Shown here one piece after another: positions 1 to 13,300 of a DNA stretch of 64,000 nucleotides. The first letter of the stretch is position 1, and each line of letters opens with the position of its first letter. The notes beneath the pieces are model-generated. The model was given only the letters and a program-made list of their open reading frames with translations. It ran no database searches and was not told the origin of the DNA. Source of the DNA: Bugula neritina (lineage: Eukaryota > Animalia > Bryozoa); assembly GCA_964035545.1 (NCBI GenBank), contig OZ037768.1, positions 434,001-498,000 on the forward strand, given 5' to 3'. Made by a program: the position numbers and the translations under genes.

Positions 1-146
1 GGTTTGGATTTGGTTTACCTGCGTGTAAAGCGTATGCAGAGTACCTGGGGGGTTGCCTCACCATGGAAACGCTGCAAGGGATAGGGACAGACACGTATCT
101 TAGACTGAAACACATTGACGGTAAAGGCATGAGCTTCAGGATATAA
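1..146 (+). CDS. BCKDK: Branched-chain ketoacid dehydrogenase kinase, last coding exon (partial; gene begins before the window)
   Basis: Frame 3 from nt 3 reads [47 protein letters not shown] (TAA 144-146). This matches my recall of the BCKDK C-terminus ([30 protein letters not shown]...SFRI). AATAAA at 496-501 and 557-562. Confidence 0.9.
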   Translation, partial: FGFGLPACKAYAEYLGGCLTMETLQGIGTDTYLRLKHIDGKGMSFRI

Positions 147-686
147 CAAACCTACTTAAACACCTTCACTCGGAGAATTACTTATGCCAGTATGTCTTCA
201 GTACTCGGGACTTTTTACTATCTCTTTAGTCAGTCTTCATAGTCATATGTTGTTATGTGTTGTATCTACGTGATGATAATACTACAATCTCTATAGTAAT
301 CTTGTGCCTTTCAATCTCTCTTCACTTTGTATGGCCAGGAACTGGTCCTGCGTATTATATTATATTATATTATATTATATTATAGTTATATATGCTGTGT
401 ATTGTAGTAAACCAGGTTGTGTGCTTTTGTTATATTATTATATTTTATTATATTCTGTTAGAATTTGGTAATATATTTCATTATAAGTATGAAAAAATAA
501 ATATTGTCATAAATCTATAAAAGTTTTCTAGATAGTGTCCATATCTCATTAAAGTTAATAAATATTCATATACAGAAAGAGTGTTTCACATTGACTATAT
601 TGCACATTAACAACTAGAAAGTATCTGCTTAATATATAAAACACTACTACTGTGTGTAGTCTACTGTTTCTCATAGACTGAGCTCT

Positions 687-3600
687 CTATTGGTAATACA
701 TGGAGTACGGGTTATTCATCATTGCTGTAGAGTGATAGGGTTGGGGTACAACAGGGGGTCCCCCTGGGTTATACTGATTAGCTGATGTAGATGACCAGTA
801 CTGGTTAGGACGAGCACTTCTAAACAGACCCTGGGCCCCCATGCTGGCCGTGTGTCCAGTTATTAGGTTGCTATGGTAACTGGCCTGCATCAGCAGATCC
901 TGGTGGTACTGGTAGTTGATGTATGCATTCTCCGTGCTGCTCTGGGGCTGCATTGCCTGGGCCAGCCCAGCAAAGTCAAACTTATACGCATACCTCTTAC
1001 CGTGCACCTTAGTCATGATATTTTTATCATAATAATATCGTAGCGCACGACTCAACTTATCGTAGTTCATGTTGGGTTTGCTCTTTCTCTCCCCCCACCT
1101 GCGCGCTACCTCATCCGGATCTACCAGTTTGAATTCTCCATTCGTTCCCTCCCACGTAATGGACGGAGCATTTCGGCTGTCTGATAGAAGTTCCAGTAAG
1201 AACTGCCACAGCTGGATCTGTCCACTTCCTGTAAGAGAAAAGGTCAGTGTTGTAGCTGCACACTCAATCTATTAATAAATAATAATATAGGGTCAGTGTT
1301 GTAGCTGCACACTCAGTCTATTAATAAATAATAATATAGGGTCAGTGTTGTAGCTGCACACTCAGTCTATTACTATAATATAGGGTCAATGTTGTAACTG
1401 CACACTCAGCCTATAAGGTGTGTATCTTGCCAGCCAGCTCTCCAATAATTTATATTATGCAGTATTATAATTATTATACCATCATATAGTGTATTATATT
1501 ATACCATCATATAGTGTATTATATTATACCATCATATAGTGTATTATATTATACCATCATATAGTGTATTATATTATACCATCATATAGTGTATTATATT
1601 ATACCATCATATAGTGTATTATATTATACCATCATATAGTGTATTATATTATACCATCATATAGTGTATTATATTATACCATCATAATATAGTGTATTAT
1701 ATTATACCATCATATAGTGTATTATATTATACCATCATATAGCGTGTTATATTATACCATCATATAGTGTGTTATATTATACCATCATATAGTGTATTAT
1801 ATTATACCATCATATAGTGTATTATATTATACCATCATAATATAGTGTATTATATTATACCATCATAATATAGTGTATTATATTATACCATCATATAGTG
1901 TGTTATATTATACCATCATAATAATATAGTGTATTATATTATACCATCATATAGTGTATTATATTATACCATCATAATATAGTGTATTATATTATACCAT
2001 CATATAGTGTGTTATATTATACCATCATAATAATATAGTGTATTATATTATACCATCATATAGTGTATTATATTATACCATCATATAGTGTGTTATATTA
2101 TACCATCATATAGTGTGTTATATTATACCATCATATAGTGTGTTATATTATACCATCATATAGTGTGTTATATTATACCATCATATAGTGTATTATATTA
2201 TACCATCATATAGTGTGTTATATTATACCATCATATAGTGTGTTATATTATACCATCATATAGTGTGTTATATTATACCATCATAATATAGTGTATTATA
2301 TTATACCATCATATAGTGTGTTATATTATACCATCATATAGTGTATTATATTATACCATCATATAGTGTGTTATATTATACCATCATATAGTGTGTTATA
2401 TTATACCATCATATAGTGTATTATATTATACCATCATATAGTGTATTATATTATACCATCATATAGTGTGTTATATTATACCATCATATAGTGTATTATA
2501 TTGTTTATTAAATGTAACTAAGTTTTACTTTGCATAACAATTTATTGGCTCGTGTAGTTACAGAATTTGCCAGAGAAATTTCCGATAACATATTATCTTG
2601 AGGTATAATTATATCTATAGGCAGATCTTCAACCTAAACACTTGAAACTGATGATGTGACAGCTCAAAGACAGCATAATACATAGTCAGCAACGCTGCCA
2701 GATTCTAATTACTGTGTCAATTAAATTTCAAGTTCAACTCTATATCTGTAATGGGCAGCAGTTCGTATAACTTCACACCTCCCTTCCTTCCTCGTACTTA
2801 TACGATAATGGAGAGAATTATGATAATTTGGCTAAAATCTAAATTTTTTGCCTAGCAACTGAAAATATTTTCTACATGTGTTAATCAAATGTAAAATAAG
2901 TTTAAACATTCTAAAAGTTGGTTTGTTTTATTTAATATGGAAAATATTCAAAATAATAAGAACAAAACTGCAATATAAAATATATTACGGCACAACCATC
3001 AAATAGCCTAATTTCTTACCAGTTGAAGCGAGACGGCTCGAGGTTGGCCCAAACAGCTGATAGGGATCCTGGGATAGCTGAGTTCCTTTCCAGGGAGATG
3101 TTGGTTCTAGTTTGGGAACTTTTCTCATTAAGGGGAGGTTAGAAGTTTCTACTTTTGGCGAGTTGAAGGCCGGATATGTAGTGTAATCAACGTGCACTAG
3201 AAATTGTAGAAATAGCTCTAATTACTAATTAAAATATTTATCTACTTAAATTCTAGTTTTTCCTGGCATAACACCATAGATGCGATCAGACTTAGACCAA
3301 TACAAACTTAATATAGATGTTTTAAAATAGTTTTACGTTAACATCATAGAATTATTAATTTCATGTTTGTTAAAAACTTGGAGAAATTTTTTTTGTCCAT
3401 TATGGTTCCCTTTGTATATAATCATGGATAATAAATATTCTTCGTATGAAAAATATTAATTCATTAGTTGAGTAGAATATAGGCACATAAATGGAAACCA
3501 GAATAAAATTAATGGAGTCAGAGAGAAAGTTTCAGCAGATGACTTACAGTTGGATGTCGGTGCTGGACAAGTTGGCCACTTGTAGTTGCCGGCAGCAGCA

Positions 3601-4170
3601 TAAGAGTAATCTATAAATTAGTGAACATCATAACTAGTAGGATCTGGTTGATAATATTACATAAGAGACGGCAATATATTCAGTTCCATACTTTATGAGC
3701 TGATTAGTCAGTTTAAATGCATGGTGTAAAACTTGGGTAGCTAAAGCAGTTATAAATAAACTATGTGGATATAATATAATAATCTAAATAAGACATAACA
3801 TAACATAAAATATAAATTATTAATCAAAGCAATTTATAGCAAATATTACGTATTTATTGTAGAACCTAAGGACAATTATAATATTAATATTATTTACAGA
3901 GGGCATTGAATACTGAATGTGTAAACAAGGGAACAAAATAAAGTGATTATATGTAGGTATTTCTGAAGCATATAATACAACTATTCTATAATTTAATATC
4001 AATTATTTTTATTTTCCTAAAACATGTAATACTTGTGAAATAAGACCCACAGTAACATAAATTACATTAAAGAGAATAATTTCAATGTGTTTAATCAAAT
4101 TTTATAGTTAAAATATACCTTGAAACCCGTGTACTCCGTAAGGCTGCATGGCTCCAATTGTTTGCGTCAT
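687..4170 (-). CDS. ERG: ERG/FLI-family ETS transcription factor, about 277 aa, 4 coding exons
   Basis: Exons (minus) 4170-4119, 3610-3548, 3196-3020, 1228-687, all GT-AG and phase-consistent (834 nt). Contains [17 protein letters not shown]|[16 protein letters not shown] and [33 protein letters not shown], typical of the ERG/FLI1 subfamily. The ATG at 4170 has an upstream in-frame TAA. The first two exons are less certain. Confidence 0.88.
1241..1412. repeat. About 49-bp tandem repeat (about 3.5 copies) next to the ERG 3' splice site
   Basis: GGTCAGTGTTGTAGCTGCACACTCA... recurs at about 1242, 1291, 1340 and 1384. Confidence 0.85.
1471..2502. repeat. 25-bp intronic minisatellite (about 41 copies)
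   Basis: Unit ATCATATAGTGTATTATATTATACC, period 25, in the last ERG intron. Confidence 0.95.
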
Positions 4171-7100
4171 CGTCAGCTTAAAGCAGCACTTGGCAGCAAG
4201 ACATACCTTTTATTAAACTCCCAGCTACATGTACAGGTAAAGTCTCCAGCTTCTATTTTGATGACACAAATTTGATTGGTCAATTTCTGGCAGCAAACGC
4301 TTCATTGGTTGAAACTGGCAGCAGTCAATGTGTTATGCTCAATGCGTATCTCTTACCAAGTCACAAAGGCAAAACCTTTTGATCTTTGTTTTGTAATGGT
4401 GTTAGCATAGAGTTGAAATATTGTTGGAATTCAAGAGGTTAAATATAGCATAATATTGGTGTAGTGTAATATCAGGCCGTAGACAATGCAGCACACTCAC
4501 ATAACAAAAACATATTATTTATCTAGCTTCAACTGTTTAATGGTTTAAAGATTTTCATATTTATATAGAAAGGAGATGATGCTATTCCTTCTTATAGGTT
4601 CTATTGTCTCAAAGACTAATATGTGAGTCTAGCACTCAATTTATTCTAAGCGTATTAATCTCTACTATTATATATTTATTTATTTATTAAACGAGTTAAA
4701 AGATGTACCAGTTTGACCTCAGATATGAAAGTGAAGGTCTATTAACAGCTTATAAAAATGTAGATCAACTTCTTCCATAGTAGATACAAATATTTCCATC
4801 TTTTTTTAAAATGTCTGAATGCAAAATTTTTCTGCTTATTATGAAATGGTGAGTTTCAACTCATGAGTTTCAAATTCCAAGCTTGTAGCCTCCGCATGAA
4901 GATTCTGTTTGTTGCATGCCGTAACCTAGTTTCTAGAATATAATATGTGAGAGTTAAATAAAAGTTGTTTAGTTTGTTAATAAAGTTCATTCAGAAAAAA
5001 GCAATTCGCCTTAGGAAATTCTTCACCCCAAAATAGTGTTACCCTACGCATATATGTCTATATTGTGCTATACTCACCAGGCAGCGTTACATATTGCAAA
5101 CAGAATACATATTACTACACCCTGACGTTTATTTAATATACTTTTATAGGTTATTATTAGACAAAATACAGTTAGAATTATATGGGGTTTTAGAACATAC
5201 ATAGAAACAATGCTATGCACAGTGACTTAAGGGGAGTTTATCTCAACTCTTTCAACAAAAGCAACGAGTCTTAGAGAAGAGATATTTTTGAAGTTACAGC
5301 CGTCAGTCCCCTGCCATTTAAATAGAGACAAAAGGATGAAAGACTTCTTATTAACCGAAGAAATGAAATTCTTGGTCTCATTGTTGTGCAGTTGGATGAA
5401 TTAAGTGAAGGTAGGGATTGCGTTATACTAGCTCTACGTTACACAATACACTTTCTCAGTGCATTAATTACCAGGAGAAAAGGGATCAATAACATCATTG
5501 GCTTCAGTCACTTCAAGTAGCAAATCTTTATTCAACTTTATATTTATTTTTATATCTTTTTAATTATTCTTACTTACATTTACTGAACTTAGAATGAGTT
5601 TTGCTGAGAATGCGTATGTCTACATATATGTGAAAGATAGGAGTGAAAGGGCCAGATTGAAAAGCATACGATATTAATCTTTGTTGACCATGTTAATGGT
5701 GAAACTGGATATCTCATGACAATGCAGCTGAAATAATCTATAAGTTATTATAATCTAGAAACTCCAAGGGAAGCTGCAGCTCTTTCAACAGGAAACGTGG
5801 CTTAGAATACACCAACAGGCCATTTCCTGGCTTCACCGATCAACCTATCGATTTCAACTTTAAAATTTGCTTTTAATTTTAACATGTAACAGAGAATGTT
5901 TTGAGATCAATAAGTCAGCGCTGTCGACAGCTGCCTTAGAGGAAGGAACCTAGTCGTCCTGCCACCATTGATACCACTAACTACTTCTATAGCCTAGGTT
6001 CTTTGTCTTATCACAAATATATGGGAGCCGGTCATGTCGTCCCGGTGCTATTGTCTATACTGGTGAAGGCCAACGGTAATAAATTAATAAACAAGTGATT
6101 GTGTTTTCCTTCTTCCAGTTTCCAACATCGAGTAAAGGAATGGTTCAACAATGCCCTTCCCCTCTCTCTTTTTTGTTCCATTCATTTATTTTATTCTTAA
6201 TTTATTTAACAACATCCTACCTTCCAGGAAACAAGCCAACAGCCGACAATTAAATGCTTCCTTTTTAACTGCTAATAGGTTATAATAGATAAATAAATAA
6301 TTTAATTAATAAAGGCCTTAAACCTGGTTTTATATTGAAAAAATTGGTGAGAGATATTTTGAAACAGGTGCAATTGCACTATGATAACAGATTGCTAGGA
6401 TCATTGCCATCCAAACTCTGTTTTGCTCTCAAATATATAGCTGAGAGCAGTCTCTGATGAGACATAGAATACTTTGGTTGCATGTACAGTATAGATGATA
6501 AAAAGGAATTTATTTTCAGCTTTAGAATCACATGACTTCTTTGTACGTTGTCAACTCATTTATCTGTTTCCTGTCAATCTAATTTCTAAAGTGAGAAAGT
6601 GACATATTAAAATGTAGGTTTTTCCTGACAGCCATGAATGCAAATGTGTTAGAAACCGACCAGCAAGCGTTTTATAAATCATGAAAGCAATTGACAGATT
6701 TGTATGATTGTTTACTCAAGAGTTGAAGGTAGAAGCGCTAAATGCTAAGCATAAACACTTGACTGTGATTCATGTATTCTACACACCACGTGCCTCTGTT
6801 TGACCAGGGATAATAGTGTGTGCACAGTTTCAGTGTGTGCCGTCTAACTTCAATCAAATTTGCTCTTTCTTCAGCCAATTGATTTTTTGCAATATCAGAT
6901 GAGAAGGTTTACTCTTCAATAAAATTATGATCGGGATTAGTTTGGTTAGCTAAACAGCAAATGAAACTCCACCAATGAAAGCTTCACTGAAATTTGGTAC
7001 TCGGCTTGTGTTTACTGCAAGCTTGTGTTAGCCGATTCATTTCTACATTCTATGCCCACCAGGCAAAGCAACATTATTATATATCTATATTATGTCATTA

Positions 7101-7649
7101 AACAATTATATTGCTGAGGTTACCTTAGCCCAAAGGCAACAAATATATTTAAATTACTTTATAATTATTTCCTGCTTCAACGTATTATAGTAATAGCTTC
7201 CATTAACCGGTTATTATAGGAACAGACTAATAATTAAAATTAGTTTTATATTAATAACTTTGATTCATAAAATTAAAGAGCATCTAAAGCTAGTATCTTA
7301 CTCTGAAAAGCTATATTATTATGTAACATATTAGCAATTAAATTTTAATATTTCAACCACCACATCATATCCAATATAGATAAATTTATATTACAGGTAT
7401 TTGCTATTTGTTCAAATCTTTTAAAAAATAGCCAACGCAGTGAAAGAAGATTTCACCATATCCAAAAACATATTAAGACAATATTTAGCCCAACATAATT
7501 CTCTAATAACTCAGTGGCCTCCCCATGGCTGTCCCATACCGTAGATCTTCATACCAGGGAATCTAAAGCTACTTATGATATGCAAGTGTTGGTGGCAAAT
7601 GATGGATAAATATTTCGTCAATATATTATAATATAACACATTTATATTA

Positions 7650-7780
7650 TATATTATATAAGCTGTGTCCTATATTATATAAGCTGTGTCCTATATTATA
7701 TAAGCTGTGTCATATATTATATAAGCTGTGTCATATATTATATAAGCTGTGTCATATATAATATAAGTTGGGTCATATGA
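7650..7780. repeat. 21-bp tandem repeat (about 5-6 copies)
   Basis: Unit TATATTATATAAGCTGTGTCC/A. Confidence 0.85.
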
Positions 7781-8502
7781 TATTATATTATATATATTAT
7801 ATAAATTAGTCCATAATAAGGTTAAAATAAGTGAATACTAGAATATGTAAATATGTTTATTATAATATTATAAACTATGCAAAAACATTTTTCTATTCAG
7901 TTTGGCAAATTTCCACCGTAGTACATTATTTTTCTCCATGTATGCAGCTCATTGCCTATGTACACACTTCTGCAGCATTTACGCGCAATATTATAACGGT
8001 AAAGACAATCTCTCTCAGTACAGGTGTACAAACAGCTTTCAGCAATTACTGCTGTGATTACAGTGCATGTTGAAAAACAAACAAAATTTAGTTTTGTAAA
8101 TGGCGAAAAAGTTGCTGAGTTTTTAAGCCTTTTGCTGATTGTAATTGAATCATAATTATTATGTTAGAATAAACTATACGGCCAAGAGCTACACAAGATA
8201 GATCAATGATGAGGCAACTCTGATGAGTGTCATTAGACACTCACTGTAATGCTCAGTGAGGACACAACTTCACCAGCAGCTGCGTGATGTACAGCACAGA
8301 GCTATGACGTACTATACGTCTGCTGCATTATGGGCTAGGGAGGAAATAGTAAACATTGCATTAGGCTGATTAACCTCCTAGCCAACCTTTGCCATATTTA
8401 TACATATGAGTACGTGTTTAGAATATTCATTGAAATACAGTAATTTTACAAAAAAAAACCGATGCATGGGTACCTATAGGATCTTGTAATAACTACCATA
8501 CT

Positions 8503-8615
8503 GGTGGTAGCAGTAGTAGTAGTAGTAGTAATAGTAGTAGTAATAGTAGTAGTAATAGTAGTAGTAGTAGTAGTAATAGTAGTAGTAGTAGTAGTAGTAG
8601 TGGTAGTAGTAGTAA

Positions 8616-8651
<36 letters not shown>

Positions 8652-8742
8652 TAGTGGTAGTAGTGGTAGTAGTAATAGTAGTAGAGTAGTAGTAGTAGTA
8701 GTAGTAGCAGTAGCAGTAGTAGTAATAGTATTAGAACTAGTA
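8503..8742. repeat. (TAG)n trinucleotide microsatellite
   Basis: About 80 imperfect TAG units; source of the poly-L/Y/V ORFs. Confidence 0.95.
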
Positions 8743-9061
8743 GCAAATTGCATTTTATTACCTTTTATTTAAATATGAATAAGTTGAAACACAACGCAAT
8801 AGATACAATAAAAAGATTACATCACAGTTAGTATATTTTGTAAAAAAATTGCATTGATTTGGCATGAAAAAAAAGGTGTAATTAACCAAAGATACAACAC
8901 ATAATGCAGTAACACAATCTTGGTTATAAACTGATACTGTTGGGTTCAACAACTATGGATTTAACAGCTTGAATACTTTATAAAAAAACAAGAAAAAATC
9001 TAATAAAATATAGTAAAAAGTTTGTCGGATAAGGATTTGGCTTTTCGCATACAATACATAG

Positions 9062-9645
9062 ACATACTGAGGTGTCCCACAGTAATACTACACATACTGC
9101 GGTGTCCCACAGTAATACTACACATACTGAGGTGTACCACAGTAATACTACACATACTGAGGTGTCCCACAGTAATACTACACATACTGAGGTGTACCAC
9201 AGTAATACTACACATACTGAGGTGTCCCACAGTAATACTACACATACTGAGGTGTACCACAGTAATACTACACATACTAAGGTGTACCACAGTAATACTA
9301 CACATACTGAGGTGTACCACAGTAATACTACACATACTAAGGTGTACCACAGTAATACTACACATACTAAGGTGTACCACAGTAATACTACACATACTGA
9401 GGTGTACCACAGTAATACTACACATACTGAGGTGTACCACAGTAATACTACACATACTGAGGTATCACACACTCCATATAACACTAGTTTGTGTAGTGGA
9501 GAATACATATAACACTAGTTTGTGTAGTGGAGAATACATATAACACTAGTTTGTGTAGTGGAGAATACATATAACACTAGTTTGTGTAGTGGAGAATACA
9601 TATAACACTAGTTTGTGTAGTGGAGAATACAAACTAGTGTTATAT
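9062..9645. repeat. Adjacent 30-bp (about 13 copies) and 31-bp (5 copies) minisatellites
   Basis: CATACTGAGGTGTACCACAGTAATACTACA (9062-9465), then ATATAACACTAGTTTGTGTAGTGGAGAATAC (9476-9630), ending in an inverted part-unit. Confidence 0.95.
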
Positions 9646-10307
9646 ATTTAAGGTCACGTCCACACATTATTATCACACAAAGCAGCCATTCCTATCAGCA
9701 AACAATCATAACATGATAAGACTGAGTATTCCATCAGCCATTGGCATGTTCATGAAGCTGAGAGAAATAAGACCGTTATCAGTGAACCTTGGCACCCTAA
9801 TTAGCCGTCCTTGAATTTGACACCCATCCTAGTAAAGATAAGCGCAATAAAAATTGAATGCTGCTATAACACATAAACATGAATTACCGGAAAACTTTGC
9901 ATTGTTATGGTGAGAATTGTGAGGGTAGATTTTGATTTCTTAAAACTTAAACTTTCTTCTAATTAGCAATTGCTGTATTTGTGAACTAATTTTAGTTGTA
10001 GGGCTTTAATTTGGATAAAGAAACTAAAAAACAGAACATGTGACAGAGTAGTGGAACTCAACTCTCATGTCTTGTTTCCACTCTGGAGGTGCGAGTAGAA
10101 ACTGGCTCAGAGTATGGGAGTTGTCCTCTCAGCTAACAGCAGGAATACTGTGAGCTGCTCAAGGAGCTTTCCATTGACAGACATGGAAAAGCAGACAACT
10201 CTAAAGATATTTCATCTTCTGAACAACCTACAGATTGCTATTGTTCACTTTACATATGATACTTAGTCAGATGGCATAAGAATTTAAATATAATAAAACA
10301 CTTCAAC

Positions 10308-13300
10308 TTAAAACTTTTTTTGGCGTTCAACTCGTTTCTTAGCTTCAAACTCAAGAAGTTGGGGGCTCTTGTAGCCACCCGCAGCCATGGGTGGACAGTA
10401 GGTGCCGACGAGCTTGTCCCAAGTGTTGAAGTACGGCTGGAAGTTGGTCATGGGTTTGTAGTGATGCATGTCGTGTTTGGGTGCTCCGCCATAGATGCCC
10501 AGGGGGAACCAGTGATGGGCCGCCCATGGGAAGTCAAATCCTAGAAACACAAGCACAAGTGAGAGAATGAGTCTAGAGTGAGAGACTGAGTCTAGAGTGA
10601 GAGAATGAGTCTAGAGTGAGAGAATGAGTCTAGAGTGAGAGAATGAGTCTAGAGTGAGAGAATGAGTTTAGAGTGAGAGACTGAGTCTAGAGTGAGAGAC
10701 TGAGTCTAGAGTGAGAGACTGAGACTAGAGTGAGAGACTGAGTCTAGAGTGAGAGACTGAGACTAGAGTGAGAGACTGAGTCTAGAGTGAGAGACTGAGT
10801 CTAGAGTGAGAGAATGAGTCTAGAGTGAGAGAATGAGTTTAGAGTGAGAGAATGAGTCTAGAGTGAGAGAATGAGTCTAGAGTGAGAGAATGAGTTTAGA
10901 GTGAGAGACTGAGTCTAGAGTGAGAGACTGAGTCTAGAGTGAGAGACTGAGACTAGAGTGAGAGACTGAGTCTAGAGTGAGAGACTGAGACTAGAGTGAG
11001 AGACTGAGTCTAGAGTGAGAGACTGAGTCTAGAGTGAGAGAATGAGTCTAGAGTGAGAGAATGAGTTTAGAGTGAGAGACTGAGTCTAGAGTGAGAGAAT
11101 GAGTCTAGAGTGAGAGAATGAGTTTAGAGTGAGAGACTGAGTCTAGAGTGAGAGACTGAGACTAGAGTGAGAGACTGAGTCTAGAGTGAGAGACTGAGTT
11201 TAGAGTGAGAGACTGAGACTAGAGTGAGAGACTGAGTCTAGAGTGAGAGAATGAGTTTAGAGTGAGAGAATGAGACTAGAGTGAGAGACTGAGTCTAGAG
11301 TGAGAGAATGAGTTTAGAGTGAGAGAATGAGACTAGAGTGAGAGACTAAGACTATAGGGAGACTGCATAGCATACTATTAGCTGAGAGATATTATACTGG
11401 TTAACTTACACTGTATGACTGGAGAATAAATCAATACGCCTCGACAGCCGAATACCCTGTGGGGTCAATAAGTGGGCCATACGTGTATATGACTAGTCAG
11501 ATGGTCTGATAATATGCTGGGTACTGTGTAGTGTGTAGTGTATACTGTGTAGTGTATACTGTGTAGTGTATACTGTGCAGTGTATACTGTGTGTATACTG
11601 TGTGTGTATACTGTGTGTATACTGTGTGTGTATACTGTGTGTATACTGTGTGTATACTGTGTGTATACTGTGTGTGTACTGTGTATACTGTGTGTGTACT
11701 GTGTATACTGTGTGTGTACTGTGTGTATACTGTGTGTGTACTGTGTAGTGTATACTGTGTGTATACTGTGTAGTGTGTACTGTGTGTGTATACTGTGTGT
11801 AACTGAATGCCAGATAATACCATAATAACTCGCCCTAATTGTTACTCCATAATGCTAAACTTATAAGTGATTAATAGCTTTTAAATGTCTAGTCAAATGA
11901 AGGTGGAAGTTGGTAGTTCAGAGCTGAGACTTTACTACAGTACAGTGAGCTAATGAAGGTGTCAGATAGATGACCTGAGGTGTCAGATAGATGACCTGAG
12001 GTATCAGTTAGATGACCTGAGGTGTCAGCTGGATGACCTGAGGTGTCAGATAGATGACCTGAGGTAACACTCACCGATGTGGGACTCTACAGCCACGATA
12101 ATGTTAAGCAGCATAAAGCTCCAGATGGTGAAGCAGTGACTGTCAAACAACCAGGGGATGAAAGTGGTGCCGAACCCCACAATAATGAGCTCCCAGGGGT
12201 GGAGGTACTGGGTGACCCAGCTGAAGGGGCTGTGGTATTCGTGGTGTATGGCGTGTAGCCATCTGTACAGGAAACGCACCTGTGATCATGCAATATTAGT
12301 ATGAAGGCTGAGTTACATTGTGGTACACACACTACTATGTATGCATATATACTAACTACAGAGTAAATATACTCATACGTGTTGAATTATATGAATATGA
12401 AGTAGAGAGATAACTCTGTAAAGAAACTGGCATGGAGCCAATGAGAAAAGCTTTAAAAGAAACTTGAAGCTAAGCAAACATGGGCTTTATATTTTTGATT
12501 TCTTTGTTAGATTAAATATTCCGGTTTAGCAATGCTGAAGGGGCACGTAGTATAGAGAGTATAGTATAGTATAGAGAGTATATAGTATAGTATAGAGAGT
12601 ATACGGTATAGAGAGTATATAGTATAGTATAGAGAGTATATAGTATAGTATAGAGAGTATATAGTATAGTATAGAGAGTATATAGTATAGAGAGTATATA
12701 GTATAGTATAGTATAGAGAGTATATAGTATAGTATAGAGAGTATATAGTATAGTATAGAGAGTATATAGTATAGTATAGAGAGTATATAGTATAGTATAG
12801 AGAGTATATAGTATAGTATAGAGAGTATATAGTATAGTACAGAGAGTATATAGTATAGTATAGAGAGTATATAGTATAGAGATAGAGAGTATATAGTATA
12901 GAGATAGAGAGTATATAGTATAGTATAGAGAGTATATAGTATAGTATAGAGTATATAGTATAGTATAGAGAGTATATAGTATAGTATAGAGAGTATATAG
13001 TATAGTATAGAGAGTATATAGTATAGAGATAGAGAGTATATAGTATAGAGATAGAGAGTATATAGTATAGTATAGAGAGTATATAGTATAGTATAGAGAG
13101 TATATAGTATAGTATAGAGAGTATATAGTATAGTATAGAGAGTATATAGTATAGTATAGAGAGTATATAGTATAGTATAGAGAGTATATAGTATAGTATA
13201 GAGAGTATAGTATAGTATAGAGAGTGTATAGTATAGTATAGAGAGTATATAGTATAGTACAGAGAGTATATAGTATAGTATATAGAGTATATAGTATAGT

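Noticed and set aside
5780-7180. Several GGAA/TTCC ETS-like cores upstream of ERG
   Set aside because: Short motifs at a density not clearly above background.
8474-9543. Multiple overlapping ORFs (poly-L/Y/V, decapeptide repeats)
   Set aside because: Translations of the (TAG)n and 30-bp arrays in several frames on both strands; no splice or homology support.
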